DNA of 41,773 bases from Streblomastix strix (Eukaryota): positions 1-41,773 of the forward strand of contig SNRW01000018.1 of the NCBI GenBank assembly GCA_008636045.1, given 5' to 3'. Positions 9,862 to 24,739 of the stretch are shown here, piece after piece; positions within the stretch are counted from its first letter, which is position 1; each line of letters starts with the position of its first letter. A model generated the notes under the pieces. It did not search any database and was not told where the DNA came from. It saw nothing but the letters and a program-made list of their open reading frames with translations. Both the position numbers and the translations under genes were made by a program.

Positions 9862-12800
9862 ATGACAGTACAACGCACAAGATTTCTTTGTTCTCTTCGT
9901 CATGAGCGGAGTGGGAATCCATAGCAGGCTGAATAAATTGAGATGCCAAAAATAATATAAGTATTCCTTTGATTTATATCTAAAATAATTACTTTCATTA
10001 AACTTTAGACAAACACTACGCACATAGTCATCGCAATCTGCTTAGGAAAAGATATAACTCCACCAGGCACGCTTCCTCTCAAACACAAATGTGCTCATAA
10101 GGAATGTTGGCTTGGTTTGTCTATCATTGTACTATATTTTTCAATATCAACCATTCGTTTCTCTTCAGATATCACGCATACAACAAAAAAAGAAGACGAT
10201 AAATTAGTAAATAATTTATATAAACAATATGATCATTGGTGGAAAGAATAAAGAGTGAAATAAATACTGGTTAATTTATTCTTTTCTCTTTATAATTTAT
10301 TAATAATCATTCTATTAATCTATAATACTTTTATAATTATCAGGAATTATTAGATCTTCCAATTGATCCAACAGATAAATAATTGAAAGAATGATGTGAA
10401 AATGCTCGTGAATCAGCGAGTTTGAGAATAATCATTTAAATAATATCAATATTTTTAATTATTATTTATAAATCAGAAAACCACAGAGTCTTCTTCCATT
10501 ACAATGGAAGAGGAGTAATTCAACCTTATCCTCAATATTTTTATGTTTTTGATGAAGTTTGAATAATTTATTCTTTATATTTTCAAATTCTAATTGATTT
10601 ATTTTTTAATGTAATTTGGTTTGTATATAGAGGCACACCAATTACACACCAATAACCCTTAAAGATCTCTCAAGTAGACTATAAACTCCAAGTGTGTATA
10701 TATTTGATTGTTCAAATGCAGGAGATATGATATCAATGGATTCACCACTTTGTATTGATGGTAATGTTGTACTTGCTGCTTGTAGTGCAAGAGAGACACT
10801 TCCATAGAATGGCGATGTTCCATTTGATATATTCACTTCATGCCTAACTACTCCTGTTGTGATGGCTGCTCTATGGTTTGTGAAATCTAAATTAAATTTT
10901 TATTTTTATTATTTATTTATTTTATTACAGGTTTATTCGGCGCACACGAAACTTCTCAATGCAACACACAGAAGCACTTCTTGAGCAACTTAGAAATGAA
11001 TAAGAGCGTAAGATGAGCATCGCATATAACTTAAATTGGATTCTAACAACTATAACAGACACAATTGCATACAATTCATTCCCAAAACAGATCTTCCTTG
11101 GGTTATTTAGAGATGACAACTTATTAGCGAATACAATGAGACATTTCATGTTAGCTCAGAGGGTGCTCAGATTATGGGGCTGTAATCCAGTCAGTTTTCC
11201 TCCACTGCCTCCAACACACAGTCATCCTTTATGGAATACATTTGATCTTGCTTTGGATGTGGCATTGAAGAAGATGTCCAGATAGAAATAGTTCCAACCT
11301 CAAATGTAGATGTAAATGTAGATGCAATTATCTCCTTATTCTTCACCAGATTTATAATATAAGTAGATTCTGTTTCCAATGTCTCCAAAAGGAATACAAC
11401 CAAAATTGAATCCCTTATTAGTTCTATCTCCATCTCCTTCACTTTAAAATTAATAATTTATATCTCTTGTCTCATCTAATATTCTTCCTCCTATTTCTTT
11501 ATCAGATAAATTCAATTAGATTGAGAGTTAATAACAGGATAAGAGCCTCTATCAACTATCGATTAATCAGCACAATGATGAATTGAAATAATAACAATAA
11601 CAAGAAATGAGTATTATTGACTATAAAAGTGGTTTGGCATAATCAACAACATCAACATAACATTTCATTGATTAAGAAGATGGAGAAGATGAATTGTAAT
11701 TCTTCTATGAACATTTCAATTCATTTGAAGAGTGGCTTAGATTGGGACCTTTAGAAGGATCACCCCCTGTTTATTTACCAATTGTATTACATGGTCTATA
11801 AAATAGATAATTGAGATCAAAATGTGTTCAGTTATTAGAACAATTTATTGCATTGGGTGAAAGAGCACTTAGATAAGCTATGCATGCAGGTGCTCTTCTG
11901 ATGTGTCTTCGCTTATTCTCTACAAAAGGAGATATTCATTATCACATTCCTTCAATTTGGGCAAGAATTTTAGCTTAAGCTCCTTTTCTTGCAGATTAGA
12001 TAGTTGCTAATGATTTATTCTTCCTTTCATCTACTTTGAATGAAGAAGCAGTTCCTGCATTGAGAGCATCGAGTGCATTTGTTCTATCTCGTATACTGTC
12101 TGTGATGAAGCATATTCGTAGAGGTTATATAATGAAGGACACTTTCTTAGAGCTTATTCGATCTCCTGACAGGCACCTAAGAGCATGTGCATTATTGTGT
12201 ATAGCATAACAAGCTAGTAAATCATCAGTTGAATGTAATGCAGCTGTTCACTTACCTAATTTCTCACTTATATTCCAAGCTCTTAAAGATCCATGTGTAG
12301 AAGTCAGAGCAGCAGCTGTTAATTGTCTTTCATGTTTTGGTAATGTTGTTAATGGAGATCCATCAACCAGTAAAGATTTACATACACTTCCTCAAGTTGA
12401 GATGCTGGTTCCTGAGAAGTTATTGGATTGTATAAGTGATGGATCTGTATTAGTGAGACGTGAAGTGCTTGCTGCATTGCAGAACTATATTATATCACAT
12501 TACTAAGCAGCACTGAACTTTTATGGACTGGATATGCTTCTGGCCTAATTGGATGCTAATACTTCTCCTTTTTAAGTATTTCTTCCATTTTAGGATAAAT
12601 AAAATAAAAATAAGAATTAGTCAAAGAAAATTATTAAAATGAAAAAGAACGTTGTAGATAATAAAAATTAAGATGAAAGTGAAGAAGAAATTGAATAAAA
12701 TCCATAAATTGAGATTTATCGGTCTTAACTCTCATTCCATAGAAAATTAATCTTAGGAAATGGGGAAAATATTGAATTTTAGTCTCTGTAAGACTCAAAC

Positions 12801-15800
12801 AATCAATTTCTCAATTAATAACCTTATCAGCAAATATCATAATAATCTTCCCATAGTCATTCACATTCACACAAGCATGGACATTCACATAAGGATCATT
12901 AATCATCTTCATCAAGAAGATAATCCCATTCAAATTCATCTGATTCACATTCAAGACATTCATTGACTCCTGAATAATCATTGAAGAAGGAAAATGCTGG
13001 AAATACCAGTTCTTTATATAAATAATAATAATAATAATCTTCATCTTAATAATAATCAAGAATTAAAACTAATTAATCACAATTATATATCAATGATCTA
13101 AATGGTAGCCAGTCATTTGTATTTGTCTCAAACTCCTAAAATAGATAATAACCTTTATAATAATCTCCTATTCGCTAACAGAATAATGTCGTTATTGATC
13201 CATCAGTGAGTGTTTAAGTCTTACAACCTTCTTCATCATCATCATCTTCTTCTTCACAATCTACTTCTGATTCAATGATATCTAAACTCAAATTCAAAAT
13301 TAAGTATTTCCCAAAAGCACAGAATGTTGGAGAAGCATTTATTGCAGCTTGGAGAGGATAGGCTATTTTTTGCACAGATCATTTCTAAGAGTTTAATAAG
13401 TCTGCAAAAGAGTTTTCAACTAATTTTAGAGGGATGTTATTATCACTCATTAAATAGAGAACTTCTAATTAATAAGGATAATAATAAACAGGGGGAAGAT
13501 CAATTGGAGAAGATTAAAGAAGCAGAAGTTCAAAATAATCTAAAATTCCTTCTCCTACTCAATCACCAATATATAATTAAGATCCTCAATAAAGATAACA
13601 GTTAATGAATGATAGATATGATGCAAATGATATAAGATAAAGACCTCCAATGCCAACTCACTTATGTTCATTGATATTCAATTGGTGTTCAGAGCATTGG
13701 AAGAGACCTTGTGTTGGTGGTATTGCAATTAAAGAGAAGAAGGAGATCAAATTAAAAGGATGGAGATATAAAAGATAGCCTTTGTTTCCGAGAAGTTATT
13801 ATGAATATGGAGGAACAAATAGAGAATTTATTTTGAATAGAGAAATAAATTAAAGATAAAAGGAGATTGAAAATGGTATAAATGTTATGAGTACAAGAAA
13901 ATACAATTCAATTACTGATAAAACACAAAGAAAGGATGAAAAAGAAGATGAAATGAAGAAAAATGAAGGAAACGAAGAATAATTTGTTGATTATTGTTTT
14001 GGTGAAGTATAATTATCAGATAATTTTAATAAAAATAGAAATAATAAAGAAAGAGAGAGAAAAACAAATGATGATGAATAAGAAGATGAAGGTGATGAAG
14101 ATGCAGATTCTGATTCGTACAAATAGAATAGTGACATAGAAAGAGGAAAATCTAAATTAAAGAAGAGTTAGAAAAGTATGGAGAAAAATACAGACTTTAA
14201 ATCTTAAACAAATACAAATATGATCAGATTCGGAGAATAAAAGAGAAATTAAAGTGATTATATATATTTAGAAGAAGAAGATTTTGTGTTCATTGAGGAT
14301 GAAGAAGACGAAGATGATTATGAAAACTCTGATGAATATGAAAAGAATACGATATTTTAAAACAAAAACGGAAAAGAAGAAAAGATATAACATCAATTGG
14401 AAAGACAGGATTCTGAAACAAATGAATTTGTTGTTATTTCATAAGAAGGAATCAATAATAATCAATCAATCGCATCATAATAAACCATTTCTTCTGCTTC
14501 TTCTGCATCTTCACCTTTATATCCACAAACTCCCAATTCTGTTCAATCAAGATAATAATAATAACAACAATAGAATCAAGTACTACCTTTTGGTTCACTT
14601 AAATTAATTGGCAGTAAATAAGCAATTCATCCAGTGCCATTACCGCATCCTTTAACTGTTTAAGATTAAAGTAATAATCTTAGTAATACTTAATCTCCTT
14701 TATTATCGCAGTAACAATAACAGTTGTTGAAACTAAGATCGAATTCTTAAAGTTCTGTGTAAAGTCCATTATAATCAATTTAATAATAATCTTCAAAATT
14801 ATAATAATCGTCTCCTTTGTCAATTCCCGATAAAAATTTAAATACAAATAATAATATTGCTGCAATTTAACAAGAAGGATCAAGGGTGTATTCTTTAGGA
14901 TAGAAATCACTCAATAATCAGTTATAATAACTAAAAGAACAAGAAAGAGCAAAAGTCTAATAGAAATAATTATAAAAATAATCATCGACATCAAGTTTGA
15001 ACAAATTGAATAAATCATAAAACACACCCATTCCTCCTCCTCCTCTTATAACATAAGATATTGGAGATGGATTTTTAAATCAGTCTTAACAAACATAAAA
15101 ATCTTTATCTTTATCTTAATCTCAATAATCTATACAGACATAATCTTCACTATTCCCAATATCATAAACGCAATAAAAAGGAATTAAATCATAATCTCCT
15201 CTATCAGCAATACAGCATATTGATAATGAGTATTAATCTGAATCCAGATAAAGGAGTGAGAGCATGAATTCAAATAAGAGTAATCTGAGCAAATTAAGTC
15301 AGAACAGCGAAAGTGAAGGAAACAGGAATATGAGCAGATAAGGAATTGCAGATAATGAGATGGATGATATTAATAATTAAAGTAACTCAAATTCTTTAAT
15401 TGATACGCAGCCAATTGATTTTCAAAGAGATATGCTTGAAGCCATGAATTGTTCAGTGTCTGAGATTAAATAATAATAACAACAACAATAACAATAATCA
15501 TAATTGTATCATCGATCAGTTTCATAAAGCAGTAGTAACAATTAATCCCCTGCTATTTCTATTTCAAATCTTTCTCAAACATAACATTTAAATGATTAAT
15601 ATAAATAATCTCCACATACACAAAGTGATTAATTACATCAATTTTCTCCAACTAATTCAAATCTATAAAATAATACAAAAGTTATTTCACCGCAAAGTTC
15701 ATATAATTCAAATACTTAACCAGAGGGATATGAACAGGTTTCTAATTTAGATCAATTTTAATAAATTAGATCACCTAAAAAAGCTTCTTAAACCCCACAA

Positions 15801-18376
15801 ATTTCTTAACCCTAAGCTTAATAATCTTCATCTTAATAACAACAAATAATTTAATAATAAAGCAGTTAATTACCAATAATTTCGATAACTGATAACAATG
15901 TTAATAAAAATGGAAATTAGAGTAATAATAAAAAATAACATGATTTCATACCCAAGATAAAATATAAAAAATAAAAATAGCCAAAAACAACAAGTTAAGA
16001 AAAATTGCTTGTTTAATTGCAATTAAAAATATAACCTTAGTTCCAAACCACACTTTACAAATCTTTTATTTCTAATTCTCATCCAGGAACAAATATTGCT
16101 TCTTCTTAATTATTATCTTCTTCTTCTTCAGCTTCAACAGCTTCATTGTTTAGTCAATAATAAGCATAATTGCAGTCATCGTAAAGTGGAATAGGAATTG
16201 GAATGAATCCAAATATTAGTATCAATGAAAGGGATAGAATAAATACTATAAATGTCAGCAGTATGAGCACAAGTAATCTTGGTTTTGTATACAATCCAAA
16301 CAGTAATGCAGGAGATGAATTTAATTTAGTTCATATTGCTTAGATCCAGTTTACAAATGGAGTTACACATACTACATTTCATCCAAAAGAAAGAGTTGTA
16401 GCAATTGGATCTTCAAAGAGAAATATAGTTGGAATATATGAGGTTAGCTTCTAAGTTCCAAAGTAATCATCTTCTTCTACATAAGGTGAATAAGAGAATT
16501 AACGAGAAAGAAATAAAGACCGTGGAAAAGAGAAAGATAAAGAAAAGGATAAAGAGAAGGAAAGAGAAAAGAAGAATACACAACTGAATAAAGTGAACAA
16601 TGTAAGAATATTCCAGATTCCGCCTCCTGCTCCTCCATAATTGCACATTGAGAAAGTTGATGAACAAATAAAGAAATATCTGACAATAAAAAAGGTTAAT
16701 ATATAAATAATCTTTAAATAATCAAGTTTTTATATTAATTTTTAATTATTTTTATTTTTTAATTATTTCTATATTTTTTTCAATATTATTCTATAGCTTG
16801 AACCACTCACACATCCATAAGAATATACTCCAATGAGTTTTCCAAGACTTGCAACTTTAGATTTCTTGAATGAAGGTTCAGATACCAGAATGATCATCAG
16901 TACTCAAGACAGTGCTGTAAAAGTTCTTTCTTTTCCTGATGATAATAATGCTTGTAGATTAATCACATCATTCTTTGCATTCCCACTTTCATTATTTGCT
17001 TAGGATGGATTATAAAGTAATATAAACTAATAATTATCTCGTTAATCATCTGTTTCATCAATGATAAATGTAGTAACACCATCACCTTATTAATAATAGT
17101 CATAATAAGCACCATAATCATAACTATTCAATCCCACATTCTTACTTAGTTGGTCATAGCGAACAGGTTTATTAGCAGCAGCTGGAGAACCATTATAATA
17201 CAGAATATGGGATGTTGCATAAGAATAATGTATCTTGGATTAAGAAACTGGATTTGATTCTCCATCATCATCATTGGCACTTGATTAATTGGGATGGACT
17301 CTGGCAATTGGATCTCATTATGGAGTTGTTAGATTGTTTGACAGGAGAGAATATGATGTAGAACCTGTGATGTCATTGTGCTTGGATGGTATAATTAATG
17401 ATATTCTTTACTTATTTATTATTTATTTTATATTAATTGATATTCTTCAGACAATCCACTTCGTCCAAGTAATCAAGATTTTGCACTATCAGATGATGTT
17501 GTTAATTTGGCATTTACAGCAACAAGGCAACACGAACTTATTGCAGCAGCTCGTAATACGCAAATTGCTTTATTTGATCTCCGAATGCCCAAATAACGCC
17601 AAAGACGGAAAGATTTAATAACTCATAATAATACAAATATGAATTAATCACTGAGAATAAATAATAATGGATGTTTCTTCCCTTATTCACTTCTTTCACT
17701 TAATGGAGGAATTATTCCTTTAAAAAAAGGATAATCGTTGGCTTAAGGATTTGCTTAAAGATTTTCATCATCAACTTTATCATAAGTTGATAAATCTCTA
17801 TCTTAAAATGCAATGATTAATCCTGATTTATATTATAATGAAGAATCACCTTCAGATTAATCAACAATTCCATAATGGCTTTGGAATTCTCGAGGAAAGG
17901 GACATGCTTATTTAGTCAACCGTAGACTTGGATCACATTACATGTCAACAACAAATTGTTTTGCAAAGGTCGATAATTTATCAAATATTCTTCATGATAC
18001 TCAAGGTTAGAGTTCAGATGGAATTGCTCAAGGTGATGTTCGCTCTTCTCGTCAACAAATTGCTTCAACTGGGCAGCATGATTAAGATATTGAACACACA
18101 GCTGCATTTGCAATTCATCCACTTTTTCCATATGCACTGTTGGCTACTACTGAACGGAAGAATAATTATGCTTTTGGTTTATAAAATGGTGAGCTTATCC
18201 AATACGAAAGAGCTTGTGCTTAACTGGGAACTTCTCAAGTCATTGGGTCTGCATAGAAGCTGTAATTGGGAATGGATGGAGATCCTCCTGTATAAACGAT
18301 GGCTTGGCACCCGAATGAAGGAGCATTGGTTGTCAGCTACGGCACCAAACACGCCAATGTATTTGTTAAAGCTTGA
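9862..18376 (+). CDS. RPTOR: Raptor/KOG1 (TORC1 subunit), 9 exons, 2663 codons, with one in-frame TGA at 10392-10394
   Basis: Exons 9862-9960, 10009-10114, 10169-10269, 10344-10419, 10477-10556, 10631-10875, 10931-16694, 16797-17388, 17451-18376. RNC motifs ECWLD, RVFFHYNGRGV, FDCSNAG, DIFTSCLTTP, LNWILTTITDTIA, PPLPPTHSHPLW. HEAT motifs DPCVEVRAAAV, DGSVLVRRE. WD40 motifs RIWD, RLFDRR, AWHP. Confidence 0.95.
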
Positions 18377-18944
18377 TGTCATACCATCATGTAAATAAAT
18401 AAAAATAGATTTTTTTCTATCGAACTTTCAATTTAATCAATGCAAACTTAAACGTTAATATTTTGATACTCGATTTCTTCGCTGCTTGCGGAACAATTTT
18501 ATACAACAAAAATATTTTTCGTAAATATAAATATTTTTTATACAATTGTGGTAAAATTTCATACTTATTAAATTTAGACAGCCGTGCAATTATTGTTTCT
18601 CATTTTTTAAATCGTCTATTTTGAATACTTAGTATATCATTATTTAAATATTTACAAAAAAATATTTTAAATTGAAATTGTTCATATTTTTCTTTATTAA
18701 CCACGTATTTATAGCGTAAACACATTTTTTTTATTTTTATTTTATAAAATTTATTTTTACCCAGGAACAATAACGTATTTATGAATAAATTTTAGTTTTT
18801 ACATATATTTATTTATTATTATACGCTTTATTATACATAAATCATGATTTAAACAGTTTAAAACAAACTTACAAAATAAAATGAAAAAAACAACCTGTTT
18901 TTATTTAAATTTATATTCAAAATTTTTATTTAAAATAGAAATAA

Positions 18945-21900
18945 ATGGAAGTATTGCATTCTGTAGAACTATTCTATCCAGGGAACGAGGAAAATCCGGT
19001 AATTTAATATTTATTTGCTAAACTTCGAATCATATTTTGTTTTTTAAATGAAATAAGATATTTGGCAAGCATTGTGCTGTTATTGGTGACATTCTTCCCG
19101 AAATAAAAGTTGGAGAGTTACGAACATATATTGAGTCAAAGTTTGGAGAGTTATAGTATGTAATAAAAAACCACATAATAATAAATTTCATTTTTTATTT
19201 TATATAATATTTCATAATAGACATTTATGGGTTGAAGAATTAGTTGGAAAAGAACACAGACAGGCTTTAGCATTCTTTTTTACATAAGAGAGTCTAGAAA
19301 AAGCAGTTTTGATAAAAGAGTAATTTTTTAAGGTATCCTTAATATCAATTGAGTAATGTAGTAAAGAATTGAGACTGTTTGATGAAAGGAGATTCATTTT
19401 AATATCAGAAAATGATATCTATGAAAAGAAAAAGAACGCATAAAATCTTTTAGAATAAGGTATTATTTAAGAGATAGGAGATTTATTGAAGAGGATAAAC
19501 AAGTAAAGTGAAGAATATAAATAACGATTGGGAAACTGGCCATTAATTTCAATAAATGATCTTTTGCTTGCAAAATTTGCCTGTAATATTCTTTATCATA
19601 TCATCCTTATCATTCCTTCTGTAGTTTAATTGGCAGATAAGCATCAAATTTAGCAAGAAATTGTAAAATTTATCCAATCAATTCCAAAACACTTAATTAA
19701 CCGCAAAATAACTCAGCCTCTTGTAGTTATAACTTAATCTGCATAGTATAACAAGGAAATAAAAGCTGATTTACATAACAGCGAAGCAATAATAACCATT
19801 TCACAACTGTTGGAACACACTAGTATTGATATTATAGGAGATGGAATTTAGATAATACGCAATATACTCTACTCAAAATGGAAAAGAGAAGATAGACAAA
19901 AATTTCATCCGCTTCATGACGAATTAAAAAACGATGGAATCTTATATTTTGTGAATCATAATTGCCTTCAGTCTGATGACCAGTTGAGGGATGATGCAGC
20001 TCTTGTCTTAGCAATTCTTTTACGAGCGTAAAAAATAGAACCGAATTTACGAAAAGCTGTAATTGAGTAGCTAAAAATAACTATTGTTCATAACAGAAGT
20101 ACAAGGGATATAATACATGCATTGGGGGCATTGTGTGGATTAGCATCAAATGAGAGTTTGCATTATTATTGAATTATTATTTTACTTAATAAAATTTTAT
20201 TTGTTTTTTATTCAGCAAATATTGAATAAATAATATCGAATAATTTCATATAGAATATGGCAGAGAAAGTTAAATCGAATGAAGATGATATAAAGAGTAT
20301 TACAATTGAATTATTACTTCTTCTTGCCAATAATATCACTATTGATGATGAATTGAAAATATAAATAGCTTTAGATGATTTTGGGCCTCTCTACCTGATT
20401 GGCGATTCTGATATTTTTATTGATAAAATTGCGATCTAAACTACATTAATTTGGGCAGAAGATAAACAACTTCAGGTCGCTTAAAGTCTTTTTGAGATCA
20501 GCAGTTAATTTTTCAAAATTAATGAGGAGAAGAAGAAGAAATTATTGAATGATGAAATAATTCCAGTTATAATGTCTCTGTTAACTTGGGCTAATGATCA
20601 ACTTGCAATGTCTAAACGAAAAGGTGAAATAGAAATACCTCAAACAATAGGAATTTTTAACATTTGTTGTGTAATTCTTGAAAATTTAACAAGTTTAAGC
20701 AAAATAGCTCTTAATATAATATCATCATGCCCAATTCCAACTGAATTAATTAAATTTTTAAATATTTTGAGGATTTCTGTAGCAAAATTAATTCATTTCA
20801 AACCTCTTATTAATATTATAGAATGTGGAACAGTCATATAGAAGCAGAAAATGGTAAAAATTGGAGTAATTCAAACATTATCCAGCTTTATATCTCACCA
20901 TTCATAAAATATATCAGAAAATATTTCATCAGTAATATATATTTTAATTTAAAATTGTTTAATTTTCGTTTCTTCACTCTCCAACTTAGAATTATCATAA
21001 CCATCATACCTCGATCATCCATTATTTTATTTATTATAGCAGGATAAGTCATTAGATCTTATAGAACACGGTATTCATACACATAATCAGAATGAAATTA
21101 TTATTGGAAATGCCATTAAATCTCTTTGTATACTTTATAAATATCATCCATTTCCATCCTCCTTATTGTAATTTGCATTATCTACAATTAAACATTCAAT
21201 AATGGACAAATAAAAGATGAAAATAAATGTTTCAGAAGAATTAATTTCATTATTAAACCTTTCATTTAATCAAAATAACCATGAATGCATTATGAATAGT
21301 GAAATACTCGAAATCTTAAACATTAGAGATGGCACGTTAAATTTACAATAATTAACTCTTATTGTTTAAATTCTGTCTGTTTTATTCGATCAAGGGAATT
21401 CAAACACTCGTATATAGATTAGAAATATTGCACCACTAGAATTAATTTAAAACTTTGTAATTAGAAAAAATATGGTTAGTCTAAACTTTGGATATAAAAA
21501 TGAGATATTAAATATTAAATAAAATAAAGCCAATGAAGATTATGAACGAAATAAACTAATATTTAAATTAATAGTACAGTTAACAGAAGAAGATAAAATG
21601 GATCAAATATCAAAAATAAAAAATACAATACTAATAAAAGACAACTAATTTATATTATAAAACTCAATTAATACTTGGGAATAAATAATAATGATAATTA
21701 ACATAATTAAATAAATAAACGATAAAGAATTAGCTATTGGAGCAATGCTAATTGTCAGAGAATAAATTCACACAATTTTCTTTGAACTTATTAAATTTTG
21801 GAATGAGAATGAAATGATTTATTTATTAATTTCTCTATAACAGCTGCTAGAAACAAGTATAGATAGTGAAATTCTTTACTAAATAATTGACTTAGATTTC

Positions 21901-23250
21901 TGTAAAATTTTACACTATATTATTGAAGAATGTAACTTTAGAAAACAATCAATCGGAATTAAAGAAAGACTTGTTATATTCATAACATTTATTGCCATTT
22001 AAGGTGCTTTATATAGTAATGAGCTTGAATCCAATCAGTTTCATGATATTTTTACCAAATCTGAACTAAAGCAATCTATTCAAACAGTAATAAGAAATGA
22101 TCCTAAAATTGATATAAAAGACATTCAGATGTAATAAGCTGTAGAAAGAATTAGATTATTTGCAGCTATGGGATATTGTTGTGTCTAAAAAGAATATTAT
22201 GTATATGAAACGACACTCAATGTGTATTCAACAATGTTCAACAATGCGCTTATCTCATTCATTCAGACAATGGAACGTGCTTTAACTAAATACTAATAAT
22301 CCAAAAAATCAGGTACAAAAATAATATCGAGTTAAGATGAAAATTAAATCAATATTATAAGTAATGTATTCTTCTCATTTGGTTGTCTACTTAAGAAAAG
22401 TGATAATGCAAAGCTTTTGGACAATCTGAACCAGCATCTTATGATGATTTTATCACTTCTTCATGCTAATTGCAAATGTCCATTCAATATCGCATTTCCT
22501 CCAGTTTCTATTTCCAATATTGTTGCTGGTTCTTTCTTTGTTCTTTCACAGTTATTAACTGTTTTATCTCCAAATATGATTGAAATACATTGCACATAGC
22601 ACAATTTATTAGGTCATATAATTCCATACATTTTTACAAATTAATAATTAAATTCAATTTCATCTTCAGAATCAATCAATTAAATTAATGTAACTTCTGA
22701 TTTTCATCGAAATAGAAACTTTGCTTTGGACCTTCTTTATGTTTTAATACACGATTCAGAATAAATTACACTTCAAGTTATTTCAAATTCAAAGCTTATT
22801 GGTGAAATCATGAAAATTGCTTTAGGTAAAGGTATAAATGATAGAAACAGAATTGAATAATTCCAGTCATAATTCAAATGTTTGTAAATAATCAACGATA
22901 TTAACAAGAATTCTACAACAAAAAATATTTAATAAATGTTTTACTCTCAAAAGGAACTAAAACTGATATCTGAATTAATAAGCATTGCAGGAGGGTCTGG
23001 AAAAGATAATGACAATGTTACATCTACTGATGTTGAGATCCTCAGTGCGTTGCTATGGAAATTCCATGAACAAAATGATAAAGAAGAAGGGAAATAATTA
23101 TCTAATGAAATCCTTGAATAAGTAGAATTTGATGGTATGGCTGAAGAATGCGATGTGCTTTTGTACCACACAGATATCAGATAGAGCGTGGGAGTTGTTG
23201 ATAGAGCCTTCAAACTATGGAATAGGCTATCACTTAGAGTTATTCCTTGA
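18945..23250 (+). CDS. Large protein (~1373 aa) with N-terminal RRM-like domain and ARM/HEAT-like helical repeats
   Basis: Exons 18945-18998, 19058-19155, 19221-20155, 20216-23250 give an unbroken frame ending in TGA. RRM-like AVIGDILPEIKVGELRTYIESKFG...RQALAFF. The remainder is Leu/Ile-rich and helical. Confidence 0.8.
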
Positions 23251-23703
23251 ACTTATAAATTGTTAAATTTTTGTTATACTATATGATAAATATTGTTCTA
23301 TATTTTACTATATTCTTACAGCAGTTTCTTTCTGTTTATACATAATTTTATACTTGTATAAAATGTGCTTTTAATAAATAAATTTATTACTCACATTTGA
23401 ACTAAATAATTAATTGAATTTATTTTGATATCATTCTGATTGTTTTCAGCTATTAATTTACATGTGCTTATTCAATGTGAAATAAAGAAAAATAAAAAAT
23501 CTGTTTCAACGACTATTTTAGTATCTAATTTAACAATCTTCAGTCATTAGGTAGTAGTAATTACTAACTTAAACACATTAACAAATATTGTTTCTAAAAT
23601 AGTAAACCTTAAAACGCGCTTCAATTAATTTTCTTCATAAAAACTCGATTTTTTGCACCTTAAATATATAAATAATACGTTATTATTTATTAATTACTAA
23701 AAG

Positions 23704-24452
23704 CAACGGCAGAAAGAATATTATTCACTGCCCCTTGTCTTGTAGCTCGGACCATTGACGATGAGTGGTAGAACTTAGTGGAAGAATTGTGTAAACTTGA
23801 TCTGATTTGCAATGAGCATCATATATAATTAACAGCATAATGCATAAGATCAGACTAGGTATATAATATATATCTATTTCATACTAATTTACTTCATTCC
23901 ATCCTAGTTTATATTGAACATAGAGTTGACTGAAGATGCAATTGCTATAGAAATTTCTCCAAATTTTTGTAGTCTCGTCTCGCGAGAACCTGGTGCTTTT
24001 GGTTTCAACTTTGTTGATCCATCTGACACAAATCGATTTGTTAATGCGGTTGAATAAGCACATTAAAGTCTTGGTCGAAATGGCATGAAGGAAAGCAAAG
24101 GAAGAACGTGGCGATATGTTGAAGGTTCTCTTATTCATTTTTCTTAATTTATAGTAACTATTTATTATATTGTACATCTTATACAGTAATCACGACAGAG
24201 GCCTATATAGATACAATGCTTTCAGGTATTAAAGATGATATTTTGAGTGGTGTAAGTGAATGTGTAAAGTATGTATATATTTACAGTTCTAACAATTGTT
24301 ATTTGATAAAACTTTCTTTTTCAACATTCATAATACAAAATTTTATCAGAAATGCATAAATTGATATATAAGCACGACTTGAATAAATTTTAATTCAACT
24401 CCAAGATCCTGAATAATAACAATCAATTCTTATATCAGCTCCACCAGGATGA
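23704..24452 (+). CDS. EVH1/WH1-domain protein with short C-terminal coiled coil; start codon not located
   Basis: Exons ~23704-23858, 23908-24124, 24187-24268, 24350-24452. ILFTAPCLVARTIDDEWQ...GAFGFNFVDPSDTNRFVNAV resembles the EVH1 W...GLNF..F pattern. Ends in TGA. Confidence 0.7.
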
Positions 24453-24739
24453 ATTTTATCTTAAATTTTTTTCCTAATTTATCATTTTTTTTTATTTCAT
24501 TTCAGTTCACTTCATATTCATTTCATTAATAAACAAAAATGTACAATATTTTGATAGTTTTTATTAAAATATTATTAAATATTTTATTTCTATTAATAGA
24601 GTTAAACAATATGCAATAAAAAAATATTAACTATGAGAGAATGCAAAAATAAAAACTATTAAATTTCAACTCAATAAGTTGTTCCAGCCAATTTATTTTA
24701 TTATTCTTTATTTAAATTGTGTTAATTATTATTTTATTT

